DNA of 64,000 nt from NCBI GenBank assembly GCA_963765765.1, contig CAVXYC010000023.1:160001-224000 (forward strand), in the 5' to 3' direction. Below the pieces are notes generated by a model. The model had not been told where the DNA came from, ran no database searches, and saw only the letters and a program-made list of their open reading frames with translations. This document shows positions 59,756 through 64,000 of this stretch, one piece after another. This DNA comes from an uncultured Chloroflexia bacterium (lineage in GTDB: Bacteria > Chloroflexota > UBA6077 > JACCZL01). Numbering within the stretch: position 1 is the first letter of the stretch; every line of letters starts with the position of its first letter. The position numbers were made by a program, and so were the translations under genes.

Positions 59756-60538
59756 TCAGAGCCGCAGGGCCGACTCGTCGATCTCGAGCCAGATGGGGCA
59801 GTGATCGGAGCCCATGATATCGGGCGTGATGCCAGCCCCCTGAACGGCCGACATATGTTCCTCCTTCAAAAAGAAGTAGTCGATCCGCCAGCCGACATTG
59901 CGAGCCCGTGCGTTGAATCGCTGGTCCCAATATGTATACGCATCGCGCATATCAGGATAGAAATCCCGGTACGTGTCTACCCAGCCTTGGGCGAGCCAAT
60001 AATCGAGACACGCTCGCTCCTCCGGCAGGAATCCGGAAACTTTCGAGTTCTCCTTGGGCCGCGCAAGATCTATTTCCTGGTGCGCAGTATTGACGTCGCC
60101 GCCAAAAATCACGGGCTTGCCGGCCGCCATTCGCTCGTGGACCTGATCGAGAAAAGCCTCGTAAAACTCGATCTTATAAGCCACGCGCTCTGGTCCCCGG
60201 CCGCCATTGGGAAAATAAACGTTGTAAAGCTCAAATGCGCCGAAATCGGTGACGACAACTCGGCCTTCCGAGTCGAATCGCGGGATGCCGAGGCCAATGC
60301 GATGAGCTTGCGGCTCCTCACGACAGAAGGTCGCCACGCCGCTATAGCCTTTTTTCTCAGCTACGGCCCAGTAGCTGTGATACCCCAAAGGCACGAGGAT
60401 CTCATCGCCAAGGGCGGCCGGGTCTGCTTTGGTCTCCTGGATACACAGGACATCTGGCCGCGTTTGGTCCAGCCACTCAAAGAAGCCCTTTCGAGCTACG
60501 GCCCGAATGCCGTTGACGTTCCAGCTAACGATGCGCAT
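59756..60538 (-). CDS. xth: Exodeoxyribonuclease III
   Basis: SWNVNGIRA, QETK, GYSGV, GDVNTAH, GWRIDY and GSDHCP motifs. Confidence 0.95.
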   Translation of the reverse strand: MRIVSWNVNGIRAVARKGFFEWLDQTRPDVLCIQETKADPAALGDEILVPLGYHSYWAVAEKKGYSGVATFCREEPQAHRIGLGIPRFDSEGRVVVTDFGAFELYNVYFPNGGRGPERVAYKIEFYEAFLDQVHERMAAGKPVIFGGDVNTAHQEIDLARPKENSKVSGFLPEERACLDYWLAQGWVDTYRDFYPDMRDAYTYWDQRFNARARNVGWRIDYFFLKEEHMSAVQGAGITPDIMGSDHCPIWLEIDESALRL

Positions 60539-60678
60539 GGGGTTGGCGATCTCCTCATTCTCATTGTGCATCGTTTCCACTCGTGCCCGCACCGTGCTGT
60601 TTTCCCGCTCGGTGACGACAACGACGGAACCAAAACCTTGCGCTCGCCGTACACGTTGGATAGGGTGAGACTAAGTAC

Positions 60679-61092
60679 GTGTTGATGTCATCGCGATTTC
60701 GACGCCTTTGGCTGTTGACCTGCCTAACGTTGCTCGCTGGGCTTACTACAGTTGTGCCAGTGAATTGTCTCTGCGAAGCCAACCAGCATTGGGGGCAAAC
60801 GGTCCACCCGTTGTTTGAGCATCACCACGTCAATGGCCACCATCATGGCGTCGTTAATGATTCTTCTCCGCCAACGCTGGGGTTCCACGAAGGATTCTCC
60901 TTCACTGTGAGCGAGCACGGCTCGTTCATGGGCGCAGTGTTTGACGGCATGATCTCTGGCACGGCGAGCGTCTGGTTGACCCTGCAGTTGTTTCCCCTAC
61001 TTACCTTGCTTCCCATGGTGCGTCGCATGCTAGTGAGTGTCTCCGTGGCGCCTCCCGCTGGACCTCCTCGCGCCCGGCCTCTTTTCAACTAA
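60679..61092 (+). CDS. DUF2946-like leader protein (signal-like N-terminus, CxC, His tract, Pro-rich end)
   Basis: Hydrophobic N-terminus, NCLC, HPLFEHHHVNGHHH and C-terminal APPAGPPR; first gene before the cop genes. Confidence 0.6.
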   Translation: MLMSSRFRRLWLLTCLTLLAGLTTVVPVNCLCEANQHWGQTVHPLFEHHHVNGHHHGVVNDSSPPTLGFHEGFSFTVSEHGSFMGAVFDGMISGTASVWLTLQLFPLLTLLPMVRRMLVSVSVAPPAGPPRARPLFN

Positions 61093-61212
61093 GCGCAACT
61101 CCCAACGAAGTCTGATAGGGCAAGTGCTTAGCTTGCCTGTGTCGCGTTGCCACGGAGAACGTTAGCGTTTGCTTTGCGTGCACGCGTTGAATTGTCTTGA
61201 AAGAGGCTCGGA

Positions 61213-61680
61213 ATGAAGCTCCATCGACTATCAGCTCTCATTGGCGCCGTGAGCGGTGCCGTGATCATGGGCACATTGACCTTCTTCGTCGCTGGCGCCC
61301 GGCCGACCGAGGCGCAGATGGATATGCAGCTCGCTATTCAGAAGTCACAGGCAATGACAGTGGCATATCAGTTGGACGGGTCAGGTCTGCACGATCTCGA
61401 CGTGAAGCTCAACAACGGTGAGCTCGTCCCCGGCGCACTTGGTAAGGTCCGTAAGGCGCGTATTGCCGTGCAGTCCACGATGTGGCCGGCGGAAATGCAG
61501 GAACAGGCCAACACGCTTGTTGGTGAGATGATGGCGCTTGAGGCGGCACTACGGAATGAAGACGTTTCCGCCGGCGCGCCGCATGCCAAAGAAGTGCATG
61601 ACGTCGCGCACATCCTTGCGGACGCCGTCTACACCTGGCTCAGCACCGGCCAGGCGCCCACGGCTCCGCAGGGCCACTGA
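61213..61680 (+). CDS. Secreted helical protein of unknown family, paralog B (candidate copper-binding)
   Basis: Signal peptide ending TEA; Met-rich; paralog of 40376-40834; GAGG RBS. Confidence 0.85.
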   Translation: MKLHRLSALIGAVSGAVIMGTLTFFVAGARPTEAQMDMQLAIQKSQAMTVAYQLDGSGLHDLDVKLNNGELVPGALGKVRKARIAVQSTMWPAEMQEQANTLVGEMMALEAALRNEDVSAGAPHAKEVHDVAHILADAVYTWLSTGQAPTAPQGH

Positions 61681-61755
61681 AGCACTCGTTTTCGGGATCA
61701 CCGTGACTTCCCGAAGGTGTCAATAACACTCGAGAGGATAACCTAGGATTTCACC

Positions 61756-62179
61756 ATGCGCATCACTACCGCGCTTCTCATGTTCGCCATTTGCATGATC
61801 GGATCCGCACCACCCGTTGCTCTTGCGCACGCGAGGCCGGTTCAGTCGGATCCAGCTCCGGACTCTATTGTCGCGGCAGTCTCGGAAGTACGCATTTGGT
61901 TCACCCAGGAGCTCACTCTTCGAGGCAACGATATTGTTGTCTCGGACGCTCTTGGAAATCGGGTCGACAACGCCGATGCCGCCGTGGACCAGACCGATCC
62001 GGATCGCAAACAAGTCGTGGCCAGTGTGCAACCACTGGTTGACGGTACGTATACCGTGACCTGGACGTCATCTTCCGCCGAAGATGGTCACCCAGCCACT
62101 GAGTCGTTCGTATTTTCGGTCGCTGCTCCCACCGAGCCGGTCGCCAGCGGCTGCCCCGGCCGCGCACGGGGGAAGTTAG
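61756..62179 (+). CDS. copC: Copper resistance protein CopC (likely one extra base near 62155)
   Basis: ALA-HA..VQSDP, GTYTVTW and EDGH motifs; removing one base ends it ...AAHGGS at TAG 62177-62179. Confidence 0.88.
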
Positions 62180-62188
62180 GAGTCCGAT

Positions 62189-64000
62189 ACGAATCTCCTG
62201 CGAGCCTCGCGGCAATGCGCTCTTGCGCTTGCCGCGGCATGCGTGCTCGTGTGCGGCTTCGCTCCGACCCGAGATGCGTTGGCGCATGCCACGTACGTGC
62301 GCTCGGATCCAGCATCAGGTGGACAGCTTAGTGCGCCCGGTCGGATTCGTGTGATTTTCACGGAGGATCTCGATCCGTCGTTTAGCGAGCTCCAGGTAGT
62401 GGACTCCGCCCGCCGTAGGGTGGACAACCGGGATACGGCGCCGGTTCAAGGTGATTCAAAATCGTTGACCATCTCGGTGCCATCGCTTGGTGATGGGACC
62501 TATCTCGTGACGTGGAAGACGCTGTCAGCAGTGGACGGCCACACCGCTCGAGGAATATTTCCCCTGGTCGTTGGCACCGGCGGGACCGGCGAGGTCGTGG
62601 AGTTCGAGGAAGCGCGCGCTAATCCGCTGGAGGTTCTCTTCCGTTCGCTCATGTTTTTCGGCACGCTGACGCTTACCGGCCTCACGGCGTTTTTCGGACT
62701 GATCATTATTCCCTCTCTGCGCGGCACGGAGTCGTCGCGAGGCGTTAACGAGATTGTCGAGTCCTGGGAGCGAAAGGTGCGTCGGCTGGCGCTCTTTGTA
62801 GCCCTATTGGCCATTGTTGGCGCGGCGGGTTGGCTGGCGCAGCAGACGTTGACCGTAGCTGAAGGCCCTTCAGCTACCGCGCTGGCAATTCGTTATTTGA
62901 CGAATAGAACAGGCCTCATCTGGCTGGGCAAGATTGCGCTCGTCATTCTCATGGCAGAGGCCTTCTGGCGTGCAGAGCGCACCTGGCTGGCTACTGGAGT
63001 GCTTGCGTTGGGGGCGGCCACGTTACTCCTCACAAGCTTGACCAGCCACTCAGCCGCGCTGCCCCGAGGCGCGGAGCTGACCGTGGCCATGGACTGGCTC
63101 CATCAGCTTGGGGCGTCGTTCTGGATCGGTGGTCTGGCAGCACTGGCGCTGTTGGTAAGTCAAACGTTCTCCGCGGGAACACCAGAGCGGGTACAGCTCC
63201 TGGGTCGCGTGGTACCGCGATTCTCCACGCTGGCCCTGACGAGCGTGGCTATCCTGGTCGTCACCGGCGTATTCAATTCAGCGGTTCAGGTGGGGAGCCC
63301 TCAAGCACTCGGTAACGTGTACGGTGGCGCACTCATCGCCAAGATGCTGGCGCTGGCACCGATGCTGGCGCTTGGTGCGTTGAACCTGTGGCTCTACCGC
63401 CCGCGCTTCGTGGAAGCACTTGGTCAGCGTGGCAAATCCGCCGTGGGGCAGATGGGCGAGCTAAGCCGCCGATTTCGTCTCGCGCTCGTTGCCGAGCTAG
63501 CGCTTGGCGCGCTCATTTTCGTCGCCACCGGCGTCCTTACCAGCGTGGAGCCGGGTAAAGACATTGCTGCGCGGCAGCCCAGAATGCTGCAGCTGAGCGG
63601 CACGGCCGATGAGCTGCCCACCACATTGACGATAGACCCCGGGCGTGTAGGCCCGAATACATTCACCGCCGTTGTCACCGAACCGTCAGGGGCCCCCGCG
63701 GCCAACGTCCAGAGAGTACAGCTCCGCTTCACGTATCTCGACCAGGACCTCGGTCAGGGAACCCGGACAATGCAGCCGGCCGGCGAAGGTCGGTATGTGG
63801 TGGACGGCAGTGATATAAGCGTGAGCGGCCGCTGGCAGGTGGAGGTGGCCGTGCGCCGTTTGAACCGCGAGGACGCCATTGCCGCTTATCGATTTGATCT
63901 TGGCGTCATCGCGAATGACGGCGGCGCTGCCATTCCGCTGCCGTCCTTCACTTCTTCCTACACGCCCGTGACTCTGGCGCTGCTCATATTAGGACTGGGA
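62189..64000 (+). CDS. copD: CopC-CopD-YtkA-like fusion protein (3'-truncated by window)
   Basis: Manual translation: ALA-HATYVRSDP...VDGH (CopC); SLTSHSAA, WLHQLGASFWIGGL, VPRFS (CopD); PGRVGPN...GRWQVEV. Apparent start codon is ACG after AGGAG. Confidence 0.88.

Noticed and set aside
59690-60685. 331-aa plus-strand ORF and similar long antisense ORFs (e.g. 3442-4218, 8164-9174, 49536-50414)
   Set aside because: Shadow ORFs opposite well-supported genes in GC-rich DNA.

Overview
GC-rich chromosomal segment, most consistent with a Chloroflexota bacterium. This is inferred from gene content, an AGAAC-N4-GTTCT LexA box and GTAG-type REP elements. About ten apparent frameshifts in ordinary genes suggest an error-prone, probably long-read, assembly. 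From left to right it holds: the end of a leuC-leuD-leuB operon; a TPP-riboswitch-controlled ThiZXY-like ABC operon; three GT-C membrane glycosyltransferase genes; vapBC; a ferritin-VIT1 exporter divergent from an Fe/siderophore-type ABC operon; a CoxSMGL-like molybdo-hydroxylase that is not a CO dehydrogenase; and a type II RM system. A 12-kb accessory tract at 32.8-45.1 kb carries a GHKL-HExxH protein, a chromate operon, a CDF exporter, a CtaG cluster and gene remnants. After it come a LysM-C39 hydrolase, a Nudix enzyme, an S41 protease, a cyclase-STAND protein, VTC, YceI, PrpD, xth and the start of a copper (CopC/CopCD) operon. No tRNA, rRNA or CRISPR array was recognised. The strongest leads are: (1) an uncharacterised secreted His-conserved helical protein present twice, each time in a metal locus, once behind a DUF2946/arrest-peptide-like uORF; (2) an SOS box on the promoter of an RM methyltransferase; (3) a TPP riboswitch with an extra hairpin in L5; (4) a small CC1-like candidate chromatin protein.
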